Source of the DNA: Crocinitomicaceae bacterium | GTDB lineage: Bacteria > Bacteroidota > Bacteroidia > Flavobacteriales_D > Crocinitomicaceae | Direction: 5' to 3' | Length of the DNA stretch: 37,125 nt | Assembly: GCA_044338805.1 (NCBI GenBank) | Contig: JBIIWQ010000001.1 | Coordinates: forward strand, 1 to 37,125 | Part shown: positions 1-7,859 of the stretch, piece by piece | Numbering within the stretch: the first letter of the stretch is position 1 | How the letters are laid out: the number at the start of each line of letters is the position of its first letter | Made by a program: the position numbers and the translations under genes | The notes under the pieces: generated by a model | Database searches by the model: none | The model's input: only the letters and a program-made list of their open reading frames with translations | What the model was told of the DNA's origin: nothing

Positions 1-1
1 C

Positions 2-664
2 AAATACTATCATAAAGGAAAACTATTCACAGGAATTGCAATTGACACTCAAACAATTTCCAACCAGTCGTTTATCACAGGAAATATTCATATTAAAAAT
101 GGTTTGAGAGATGGTTATACCGTTTGGCATTATGAAAACGGGAATAAATATGATGAATGCACATACTTAAATGGAAAGAGTAATGGTTTAGAAAAGCACT
201 ATTGGGAGGATGGCTCTTTAAACTCAAAAAGGAATTTGTGGAACGGAATAGAAGATGGCAAACAATTCTATTATTTTGGGAATGGCCAATTGAAGTCAAT
301 GTGCACCTATCACAAAGGTCATGAAACGGGTCTGCATCTAGATTATTTTGAAAATGGTCAATTACAAAGCAAGTATACTAATATTGAATTTGCCATAAGA
401 GACGGTGAGGTCTTAGAGTATTATCCAAATGGCAATCTTAGATTAAAATATCATGTAAAAGAAGGCTCACATCCTTCAAAATGGAATCCAGTGCATGGTT
501 GGTTTTATGAATTCTATGAAAATGGAATTCTCAGAAACAAAGCTTATTTTAAGAACGGTAACCAAGATGGTGTTGATTTAACCTATGATACAACAGGTGT
601 CATAATTTGCAAATGTGTTTTCAAAAATGACCAGGAAATGCAATGCTGGGGAGACTGTGAATAA
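2..664 (+). CDS. MORN-repeat variant protein (YwqK-like), 5'-partial
   Basis: The frame stays open from the window edge (KYYHKGKLFTGIA...), so the track start at 104 is only an internal TTG. A repeat of about 23 aa recurs, of the type G.K.G....Y..NG.L (YWEDGSL, YFGNGQL, YFENGQL, YYPNGNL, FYENGIL). The C-terminus is Cys-rich. Confidence 0.7.
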   Translation, partial: KYYHKGKLFTGIAIDTQTISNQSFITGNIHIKNGLRDGYTVWHYENGNKYDECTYLNGKSNGLEKHYWEDGSLNSKRNLWNGIEDGKQFYYFGNGQLKSMCTYHKGHETGLHLDYFENGQLQSKYTNIEFAIRDGEVLEYYPNGNLRLKYHVKEGSHPSKWNPVHGWFYEFYENGILRNKAYFKNGNQDGVDLTYDTTGVIICKCVFKNDQEMQCWGDCE

Positions 665-705
665 ATTCAACAACAGTTTTATCCCCAGCACGATTTATCA
701 TAAAC

Positions 706-1188
706 TCAATCTAACCCTAGAGCTTTTTTATAATTTGACTTGGTAACTTGGGATTCGTTAAATGTTTTTATCAAAGTCTGAATCAACCTCTTTCTTTGTT
801 CCTCAGACCCTTTAAAGACATGTCTTGGATTCATGGTAAAATCAGATTTGACATCGTAGTTAATGATCAACAATTGCTTTACAAGTTTTGAAAAGGCTTT
901 TTTCACTGTGTCATCTTCAAATGAGGATCCTAAATTTTTTTTCCCATGTGCTATAAAACCTTTCCTCAATGCCTGAACGTGGACAATATTATTGCTGCAA
1001 TCCATTTGCTCACATAGATAATGAAACAATAAGGTTGCACACTTGTCCAGTTTTGCTAGTTTATACTGTACGTTGTCATACACTTTATAGCTTTCAGTTG
1101 AAAACTGTTTGGTTTTCCAATTTGGAATTAATATCCCGTCATCATCTGCATACTTCTCTACATACTTTACATTAATTAATTTACTCAT
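706..1188 (-). CDS. hypothetical protein, possibly a winged-helix DNA-binding or replication-type protein
   Basis: The 174-aa track ORF starts at a TTG (1228-1230). The first ATG at 1186-1188 (MSKLINVKY...) gives 160 aa. I recognise no signature motif. The wHTH or RepL-like idea rests only on overall pattern and island context. Confidence 0.45.
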   Translation of the reverse strand: MSKLINVKYVEKYADDDGILIPNWKTKQFSTESYKVYDNVQYKLAKLDKCATLLFHYLCEQMDCSNNIVHVQALRKGFIAHGKKNLGSSFEDDTVKKAFSKLVKQLLIINYDVKSDFTMNPRHVFKGSEEQRKRLIQTLIKTFNESQVTKSNYKKALGLD

Positions 1189-1450
1189 AAATTTTAGGGT
1201 ATTAACAGAACCCTTCAGAGGTATGCACAATACCCTTGAAAAAGCACAAAATTCAACAATAGCAAAGGATTTGATGAATTGATTTGCTTAGTATGAACTT
1301 TGAGTGAATTTGTGCTTGATTTGGAGAATTTTGTCTTGGAACTAGACATAGTTGAAAAGCAAATTTAAACTTTTTTATTCAATAATAAAAATTTTCACGC
1401 ACCAACAATCCCTAATATGTATCCCCCAGCATTAATAAAGAGAGCTATCA

Positions 1451-1459
1451 CCCCCCCCC
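1451..1459. repeat. C9 homopolymer tract in an ORF-free gap
   Basis: Nine consecutive C (ATCA-CCCCCCCCC-AGCTG) in an otherwise very AT-rich 540-bp non-coding region between divergent genes. Confidence 0.9.
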
Positions 1460-1768
1460 AGCTGCTTTTTAACGGGGTAATCAATCCTTGTACAGGGATG
1501 AAATTATATCAAATGTAACTTATGAGAACAATGGTAAAACTCAAGACACTTCAGTATATTAAACATATTAATGTACTTATGATAGATACAATACTGCTCA
1601 ATTCTCGGTACCAGTATAAAAGTTTATTAGTTAACATACAATAAGTACATTATTAATATAGCTACATATCTGTTGCCCAGAACTCTTTATATATGTGGCC
1701 TTGAGCTAGGTTGTCTTAAACTATTCTAATATCACCTTTTTCTAACCCTCCTACACTGCCTAAAAACT

Positions 1769-2227
1769 ATGCAGTATAAAGAAAGCACAATTACAGAGAT
1801 GGAAATCTTGTATAAACCTAGTAGTCACGTTTTAACCAGGCCCAACATTACATCATCAGCAGAAGCAAATAAAATTATCAGGGCGCTGTTTAACCAAAAC
1901 TCTATAGCATGTCAGGAAGAGTTCATAATTCTGTATCTAAATCAAGGTAACAAACCAACGGGGTTTTACAAAATGGGAAAAGGTGGTATCTCAAGTACAG
2001 TAGCTGATATAAGATTGATAATGGGAGCGGCATTAAAATCTCTCTCTACCTCCTTAATCATTTCACATAACCACCCTTCAGGAAATCTTACTCCTTCTAA
2101 AGCAGATTTAAATCTTACTAAGCAAATAAAGGAGGCTTGTAAAATCTTTGACATTCAACTTATAGATCATCTTATTATATCCCCTTTAGAGGAATATTAT
2201 AGTTTTTCTGATGATGGAGTCTTATAA
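1769..2227 (+). CDS. radC: RadC-like JAB/MPN domain protein
   Basis: JAMM motif ...LIISHNHPSGNLTPSKADLNLTKQI... The 152-aa length is typical of the short RadC/JAB proteins carried on mobile elements. Confidence 0.85.
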   Translation: MQYKESTITEMEILYKPSSHVLTRPNITSSAEANKIIRALFNQNSIACQEEFIILYLNQGNKPTGFYKMGKGGISSTVADIRLIMGAALKSLSTSLIISHNHPSGNLTPSKADLNLTKQIKEACKIFDIQLIDHLIISPLEEYYSFSDDGVL

Positions 2228-2467
2228 CAACAAGTAATTAATGTATGATATACCAACTAATGTATAAAGTATCTTATAAAAGGCTGTTTTGTGAGCTGAT
2301 ACTATCATTTGTATGGCTCACATTCCCTACTTGATATTAAAATCACCCCAATTTTTATTATAATTTTTAAGTTTAATCCGGCATCTTGAGTGCAAAATGT
2401 TAGCAAATTATGAGGGTATACCCCTACGGCCCACTGTTTATAGTGGTTTTGAAATAATGAGACAAGC

Positions 2468-2509
2468 CTGTTAATCAGAGGGTCCTTGGTTCGAGTCCAA
2501 GAGGAGGAG
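2468..2509 (+). pseudogene. 3' fragment of tRNA-Asn(GUU), from anticodon loop to discriminator; putative att scar
   Basis: CTGTTAA anticodon loop (GTT), variable loop GGGTC, T arm CTTGG-TTCGAGT-CCAAG, acceptor 3' strand AGGAGGA and discriminator G. The upstream sequence cannot form the anticodon-stem 5' strand, a D arm or the TCCTCCT acceptor 5' strand. Confidence 0.6.
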
Positions 2510-2513
2510 CGGT

Positions 2514-2554
2514 GAAAAAAACCCTGGTATACATAGTATTACTAGGGTTTTTTG
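2514..2554 (+). terminator. rho-independent terminator directly after the tRNA fragment
   Basis: AAAAAAACCCTGGTA ... TACTAGGGTTTTTTG. The stem is 8 bp with one G-U pair and is followed by a T-run. Confidence 0.6.
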
Positions 2555-2774
2555 TTTTTATAAGTTAAGTATTGAGCTTGACAGAAGGTAGTGAAAATCA
2601 TACTTTTTTTGTTTAAACAACATAGAAATTGTATTTAAAGAGAGAATCTCTTTTTAGAAAATCGAATGAAGTGATAATGGATTTTTGTGAGACGTGGTAT
2701 TGTTAATCCCCCTTATTAAAGTTAGGTAATGCTTTTATAATTATTACATTGTGGTGTTTGTGTTTATCATTTAT

Positions 2775-2782
2775 TACTTTTG
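2775..2782 (+). promoter_or_regulatory. Bacteroidota -7 promoter motif TAnnTTTG
   Basis: TACTTTTG lies 20 nt upstream of the ATG at 2802. A TTTG occurs about 15-20 nt further upstream. Confidence 0.4.
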
Positions 2783-2801
2783 CTTAAAATTATAAACTAC
2801 T

Positions 2802-3836
2802 ATGAAAAAAATACTACTAAGCCTTTGTATTGCAATCTGTTCATTTAATAGTTTTTCTCAACTAACCTATATACCTGATGATGGCTTTGAGTATTATTTA
2901 GAAACAACATTCCCTGCTGTTAATAATGGTATAATCAATGACGATTTTATTTTAACTTCTGGAATCCCAAGTGTTACTAGTATTAATTTATCCGGAATGT
3001 TTGGGGATATTGTTAATGATTTCACTGGCATTGGCTCATTTACCTCCTTGCAGTTCATAAATATTTCTACTATGTTAACATCAAACATTGATTTATCTAG
3101 TTTAGACAATGTTTTTACTGGAATACTTAACTATACTCAGGTAAAAATTGAATATTGTAATAATTTAATTAGTGTTACTCTACCCAATAATAGAATTACA
3201 ACTCAAATTACTGACAATCCTATACTTCAAAATATTACTTTTCAAAATACCAATATTTTCTGTTTTGTTAATGCCTTTCAAAATAATAACTCAATTGAGT
3301 TTATAGATCTTTCAAATACAAGTGGTGTCTACGCAGGCGCATCTTTAACTGTGTCGGGTAACACAAATTTAAATTGTTTAAAAATTGATAATGGACAATG
3401 TAACAATTGGCTTAGTGTACTAACAATGCCAAATGGAACTGCTAATGCTACAACTCCAGGTGGAACTTTATATTGTGTTCAAGTAGACAGCCCTGCATAT
3501 TCAGAAATAGCCGGTAACTGGAGTTTTTCTTCTGCAAGTATTCCCAGCTCTTATTATTATTCTACAAATTGTGGATGCGTTACTAGTATAGATGAAGAAA
3601 TATTAGATGAGGTTACTATCTCTCCAAACCCAACCACTTCTAAAATTAACGTAAAATCTAATACAGAATTGATTGGTTCACAATTCATTGTCTATGATCA
3701 ATTAGGTAAAGAAGTTAAGTCAGGTATAATAACATCTGAAGAAACTGAAATAGATTTATCAAATTTAATTGAAGGTGTTTATATCTTTAAGGTAGGTGCA
3801 GATATGCAGGAGAGTTTTAAAATTATTAAGCAGTAA
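2802..3836 (+). CDS. secreted LRR-like protein with type A T9SS C-terminal sorting domain
   Basis: Signal peptide ending FSQ. The central region is Leu/Asn-rich and repeat-like. The C-terminus reads ISPNPTTSKINVKS...FIVYDQLGKEV...LSNLIEGVYIFKV, a Por secretion tail. Confidence 0.8.
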   Translation: MKKILLSLCIAICSFNSFSQLTYIPDDGFEYYLETTFPAVNNGIINDDFILTSGIPSVTSINLSGMFGDIVNDFTGIGSFTSLQFINISTMLTSNIDLSSLDNVFTGILNYTQVKIEYCNNLISVTLPNNRITTQITDNPILQNITFQNTNIFCFVNAFQNNNSIEFIDLSNTSGVYAGASLTVSGNTNLNCLKIDNGQCNNWLSVLTMPNGTANATTPGGTLYCVQVDSPAYSEIAGNWSFSSASIPSSYYYSTNCGCVTSIDEEILDEVTISPNPTTSKINVKSNTELIGSQFIVYDQLGKEVKSGIITSEETEIDLSNLIEGVYIFKVGADMQESFKIIKQ

Positions 3837-3857
3837 AAAACGGATTTATTTTAAACC

Positions 3858-3884
3858 AAAAGCATCCGTTGGGTGCTTTTTTTG
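3858..3884 (+). terminator. rho-independent terminator
   Basis: AAGCATCC-GTT-GGGTGCTT forms an 8-bp stem and is followed by TTTTTTG. Confidence 0.65.
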
Positions 3885-4062
3885 TTTACAAGCCATGGCA
3901 TTCATCCTGGGGTCATTCTTATTCCTTCGCAAAATAAAAGATTATTTCAGAAAAAGTAATAAATAGCATTCCTGTACCTCACCGAAGAAAGAAAAAAGCT
4001 AGTATAACTGCATTTGTATTATTTCCCTTTTCAAACTAACTTAGTGACCCAAAACCAACCCC

Positions 4063-4611
4063 ATGTCATTCAAAAAAATCTCTGAATCAGAAACAACAAT
4101 CACGGAATTAATGATTCCTTCTTACGCCAATTTTGGAGGGAAAGTGCACGGTGGATTTTTGTTGTCGCTCATGGACAAAGTAGCGTATGTGGTAGCTTCC
4201 AAGCATAGTGGGGGTTATTGTGTAACGGTTGCCGTTGAAAATGTTGAGTTTTTGACGCCTGTTGAAGTGGGCGAATTGGTTTCAATGAAAGCATCCGTGA
4301 ATTATGTTGGCAGAACAACGATGATTGTTGGCATTCGTGTTGAATCCTTGCAACCAAAAACGGGAGTTGTGAAACATACTAATTCATCTTATTTTACGAT
4401 GGCAGCAAAAGATGAGAATGATGCATTAAAGCCTGTTCCTGGACTTATTCTTGAAAGTCAAACTGAGTTACGACGCTTTTGTGAAGGACGCTTGATTCGA
4501 GATTTCTCCAAACAGAAAAGGGATATTCTGAAATCAGATATGGTGGACGTTCCATTTGAAGGAATGGTAGAAATGTGTGAATCGGAAAATTGCAGTATTT
4601 CTTTAGTATAG
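4063..4611 (+). CDS. acyl-CoA thioesterase (hotdog fold, YciA/BFIT-like)
   Basis: N-terminal motif ELMIPSYANFGGKVHGGFLLSLMDKVAYVVASKHSG, with the length typical of this family. Confidence 0.85.
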   Translation: MSFKKISESETTITELMIPSYANFGGKVHGGFLLSLMDKVAYVVASKHSGGYCVTVAVENVEFLTPVEVGELVSMKASVNYVGRTTMIVGIRVESLQPKTGVVKHTNSSYFTMAAKDENDALKPVPGLILESQTELRRFCEGRLIRDFSKQKRDILKSDMVDVPFEGMVEMCESENCSISLV

Positions 4612-4630
4612 CAGCAAGGACTTAAAAACT

Positions 4631-4758
4631 TGTCCACGAATTACACGAATTTCCGCGAATTTAGACCATTAGAAGAAGTACTATTTATGTGCGCTATTGT
4701 TCTCGGATGTCACTCTATGTTTTTATCCTATCATTAAAACTCGAATAATTCGTGGACA
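4631..4758. repeat. 128-bp element bounded by a perfect 12-bp inverted repeat, with phased CRCGAATT direct repeats
   Basis: TGTCCACGAATT (4631-4642) pairs with AATTCGTGGACA (4747-4758). C[A/G]CGAATT occurs at 4635, 4644 and 4654, and an inverted copy lies at 4747-4754. Confidence 0.6.
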
Positions 4759-4819
4759 GAATATAGATTGGTTTTAACACAGAATTAACATGCCATGTTG
4801 AGCCTATTATTTTTTTCTT

Positions 4820-4827
4820 TAACTTTG
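4820..4827 (+). promoter_or_regulatory. Bacteroidota -7 promoter motif TAnnTTTG
   Basis: TAACTTTG lies 30 nt upstream of the ATG at 4857. Confidence 0.4.
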
Positions 4828-4856
4828 GTTCACAAAAATTATAAAACTATTTAATT

Positions 4857-5603
4857 ATGAAAAAACTACTACTTATTGGTACGATAGTATGTGCTGCTAT
4901 TACGAATACGTTTGCACAATGTACTCCAGACATTACTCTTCCTGCTCCAAATTATGCAGACTCAACTTTTGGCGCTTGGCCAGATACCGTAACTAATTTT
5001 ACTGGTGCTTCTGTTGGTGTGGCTTACACACAAGATTTACAATTTAAAGTTCCTTTAGATGCTGCTGTTGTTAACGCGCTTTTAGTTGGTTCAGTAATTC
5101 AAAGTTTCACAGTTGATGCTGTAAATGGCTTACCAGCTGGATTAAGTTATGCATGTAACATTGCTTCTTGTACTTTTGCTGGTGGTTCGGTTGGTTGCGC
5201 TCAAATTACTGGTGTTTGTTCTTTAGCTGACACTTACCCTATAACAATCGATGTTACTGGAATAATTCAAGTATTACCTCCATTACCAAATACTGCTAAT
5301 GCTCCATATCAGTTTGTTGGTTACAAAATTATTGTTGGAACGGCTGGAATTGTTGAAGCAATCATCAACCCAATCACAGTTCATCCGAATCCTGCTAATG
5401 ATCATATTACAATTGAAGGATTGAATGAGCAAATGAAAATTTCGTCACTTGTAATTACAAACATGGAAGGAAAAGTAATTAAGAATATCGAAGTTACTTC
5501 TACAACAATGGATGTAAACTTGAATGGTTTTGATAACGGTGTTTATTTCGTTGTTGCTAATCACGCTGGTGGAACTGAAACTATGAAATTCATTAAAGAA
5601 TAA
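4857..5603 (+). CDS. secreted protein with type A T9SS C-terminal sorting domain
   Basis: Signal peptide ending TFAQ. The C-terminus reads ITVHPNPANDHITIEGL...LVITNMEGKVI...GFDNGVYFVVA. Confidence 0.8.
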   Translation: MKKLLLIGTIVCAAITNTFAQCTPDITLPAPNYADSTFGAWPDTVTNFTGASVGVAYTQDLQFKVPLDAAVVNALLVGSVIQSFTVDAVNGLPAGLSYACNIASCTFAGGSVGCAQITGVCSLADTYPITIDVTGIIQVLPPLPNTANAPYQFVGYKIIVGTAGIVEAIINPITVHPNPANDHITIEGLNEQMKISSLVITNMEGKVIKNIEVTSTTMDVNLNGFDNGVYFVVANHAGGTETMKFIKE

Positions 5604-5624
5604 TACACTTCTTTTAATAAAATT

Positions 5625-5662
5625 AAAAGTCCCGATTTATATTTAAATCGGGACTTTTTTTG
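5625..5662. terminator. bidirectional rho-independent terminator between convergent genes
   Basis: AAAAGTCCCGATTTA-loop-TAAATCGGGACTTTTTTT gives a stem of about 11 bp. An A-run on the left and a T-run on the right flank it. Confidence 0.7.
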
Positions 5663-5678
5663 CGCAAAAAAATTATTC

Positions 5679-6545
5679 TTAGTTGAAGACTTCTTCAATA
5701 TTTATTTTGATTCTTTCACACAGCGTATCAGTTGGGAGATCGCTCTCATCGTTCCCAAACGGATCTTCAATCTCTTCTGCTAATACTTCCATGCTAACGA
5801 GCACATAGAAAACAAACGTTGCAATCAATGCAGAGAAATAACCAAATTGAATGACAAAAGCTAAAGGTAAACTCATGACATAAATAAAGATGAATTTCTT
5901 TATAAATAAACTATAAGAAACAGGAATAGGCGTGTTTTTTATGCGTTCGCAAGCCCCTAAACTATCCATTAAAGCATTCAGGTTTTTATCCAAAATAATA
6001 AATTCTTCCTCCGTTATTTTAGTTGCTTTTTTTAGCTCAATTAGTTTAATATACATCATTTCACAAATCGCTAAAGGAACATGTTTTTTACTTATAACTG
6101 CATCAAATTGCTCTTTTGTAAATGTTAACTCTTCAAAAATGACCCCTTGTCTTAAATGTTCTTTTGCCGCAAAAGCAAAATTCGGAATCATTGCTTTAAA
6201 AAACGATTTATCTTCTTTTTCGGAAAGAATTGCAGATAATTTAATGGATAAATTCCGCGTGTCATTCACAATTTCCCCCCATTTTTTTCGACCTTCCCAC
6301 CAACGTTCGTATGCTGTATTTGTTCTAAAAACAAGTAGCAAAGAAAGTACAAAACCAATAAGCGAATATATTGCAATTAATTTCTCAAGAACTATTGCAT
6401 TCGGAAAATAACGAAGCGTTACAAACGCTATGAGCAATGTAAAAATTCCAATATATAGTATCTCCTTCCGCAGGATACGAAATGTATCACTTTTGTGAAA
6501 AGCGAAAATGAGTTTTATCCAACTCTTAGGGTTATAATCTACCAT
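5679..6545 (-). CDS. bestrophin-like (UPF0187/YneE) anion channel
   Basis: Signature FRTNTAYERWWEGRKKWG, N-terminal TM helices, and a length near 290 aa. Confidence 0.85.
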   Translation of the reverse strand: MVDYNPKSWIKLIFAFHKSDTFRILRKEILYIGIFTLLIAFVTLRYFPNAIVLEKLIAIYSLIGFVLSLLLVFRTNTAYERWWEGRKKWGEIVNDTRNLSIKLSAILSEKEDKSFFKAMIPNFAFAAKEHLRQGVIFEELTFTKEQFDAVISKKHVPLAICEMMYIKLIELKKATKITEEEFIILDKNLNALMDSLGACERIKNTPIPVSYSLFIKKFIFIYVMSLPLAFVIQFGYFSALIATFVFYVLVSMEVLAEEIEDPFGNDESDLPTDTLCERIKINIEEVFN

Positions 6546-6638
6546 CTTTATCCTAACTTTTTAGACAAAGATAACATTCAAAGAATAAATTTTCATGTTA
6601 ATAATTTAACAACTACTTGCATAGGGTTTCGGGTTGTT

Positions 6639-6646
6639 TACTTTTG
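6639..6646 (+). promoter_or_regulatory. Bacteroidota -7 promoter motif TAnnTTTG
   Basis: TACTTTTG lies 19 nt upstream of the ATG at 6665. Confidence 0.4.
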
Positions 6647-6664
6647 TCTTGTTAAATACTGAAC

Positions 6665-7615
6665 ATGGAAATCACACCTGAAATTAAAGACCGATTAGAA
6701 CAATTAAATAAAAAATATTCATCTCTTGGTCAAGACTTGTTATCCTACTTAGATGGATTGTTATATGCTGATACAGTAAAGTATTGGGATTATATTGAAT
6801 TAGACACGCTATTAAGCCTTCAAAAACCACGAACAAATTTTCCAGATGAGCACATTTTTATCATGTATCATCAAATAACTGAATTGTATTTTCAATTAGC
6901 GCTAAAGGAATTTGAGCAACTAGCTGACACCAAAGAATTGACTGAAAAGTTCTTTGTTGACCGTGTTTCTCGTATCAATCGCTATTTCGATGCCTTAATA
7001 ATAAGTTTTGATATCATGTCAAAAGGAATGGACCAAAAGCAATTCATGCAATTCAGAATGTCTTTGTTGCCAGCAAGTGGTTTCCAGTCTGCGCAATATC
7101 GTTTCATAGAAATGTATAGCACCGATTTTATTAACCTTGTTGCGAAGGACCATCGTTCTAATTATTCTGCAACTTCATCAATTGAAGAAATGTATGAGCA
7201 TATTTATTGGAAAGCTGGAGCGACAGAAATTGGGACTGGCAAGAAAACGTTAACTCTTGTTCAATTCGAAGAGCGTTACCAAGATGAATTTCTTCAATTA
7301 GGAAAAGCTTGTCAAGAACGAAATTTGTGGCAAGTATATAAGCGTTTGAGTCCAGAGGCACAAAAATCCGAAAAGGTTATTACTGTTTTAAGACACAACG
7401 ATATCAACGTAAATATTAACTGGCCACTTGCTCATTACAAATCTGCTGTGCATTATCTAAATAAGCAATCCGCTGATATTGCCGCAACGGGCGGAACAAA
7501 TTGGCAAAAATATTTGCCTCCAAGATTTCAAAAGAGGATTTTTTATCCAGCATTATGGGCTGAAAAAGAAATCGAAGAATGGGGTAAAGAATGGGTTGAG
7601 GACGCGCTTAAATGA
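6665..7615 (+). CDS. kynA: tryptophan 2,3-dioxygenase family protein
   Basis: YWDYIELDTLLSLQKP...DEHIFIMYHQITELYFQL...RMSLLPASGFQSAQYR are typical bacterial TDO helices. Confidence 0.75.
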   Translation: MEITPEIKDRLEQLNKKYSSLGQDLLSYLDGLLYADTVKYWDYIELDTLLSLQKPRTNFPDEHIFIMYHQITELYFQLALKEFEQLADTKELTEKFFVDRVSRINRYFDALIISFDIMSKGMDQKQFMQFRMSLLPASGFQSAQYRFIEMYSTDFINLVAKDHRSNYSATSSIEEMYEHIYWKAGATEIGTGKKTLTLVQFEERYQDEFLQLGKACQERNLWQVYKRLSPEAQKSEKVITVLRHNDINVNINWPLAHYKSAVHYLNKQSADIAATGGTNWQKYLPPRFQKRIFYPALWAEKEIEEWGKEWVEDALK

Positions 7616-7623
7616 AACTGAAA

Positions 7624-7815
7624 GTTTATAGTTTATAGTTTAGAACTGATAACTGATAGTTTTTTAGTGATGAGCGATGAGTGCGAAGAGTGGAGTGTGA
7701 AGTTGATGGATTATAGTTTATAACTGATAGATTTTTGTGATGAGCGATGAGTGCGGAGTGCGAAGTTGATATATTATAGTTTATAACTGATAGATTTTTA
7801 GTGATGCGCTGATAG
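7624..7815. repeat. intergenic tandem repeat of about 3 units (63-bp period plus one longer diverged unit)
   Basis: Unit TTATAGTTTATAACTGATAGATTTTTGTGATGAGCGATGAGTGCGGAGTGCGAAGTTGATATA occurs at 7711-7773. It repeats from 7774. A 77-bp variant lies at 7634-7710. The array sits between convergent stop codons at 7615 and 7860. Confidence 0.85.
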
Positions 7816-7859
7816 TTGTAAATAAATGGCATCTCGACTATCGCTCGATGACCGTTTAT

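Noticed and set aside
1524-1643. 39-codon ORF in the island gap (MRTMVKLKTLQY...)
   Set aside because: It is short and AT-rich, with no recognisable features and no promoter motif in a suitable position. It cannot be supported from sequence alone.
2434-2509. Possible intact tRNA gene ending at 2509
   Set aside because: Only the anticodon loop, variable loop, T arm and acceptor 3' strand are tRNA-like. The upstream 35 nt provide no complementary acceptor strand (TCCTCCT), no D arm and no anticodon-stem partner. It is therefore called a fragment.
5932-6411. 159-aa + strand ORF
   Set aside because: It is fully antisense to the bestrophin-like gene, which has strong family motifs. The same applies to the antisense ORFs inside purD, the TPR gene, pheS, the CNNM gene and others in the track.
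7626-7832. 68-aa minus-strand ORF with a repetitive peptide (KNLSVINYN.STSHS)
   Set aside because: It lies entirely inside the tandem repeat. The first repeat unit is read in a different frame from the other two, so the peptide repeat is not conserved. The composition is low-complexity and is best explained as a by-product of the DNA repeat.
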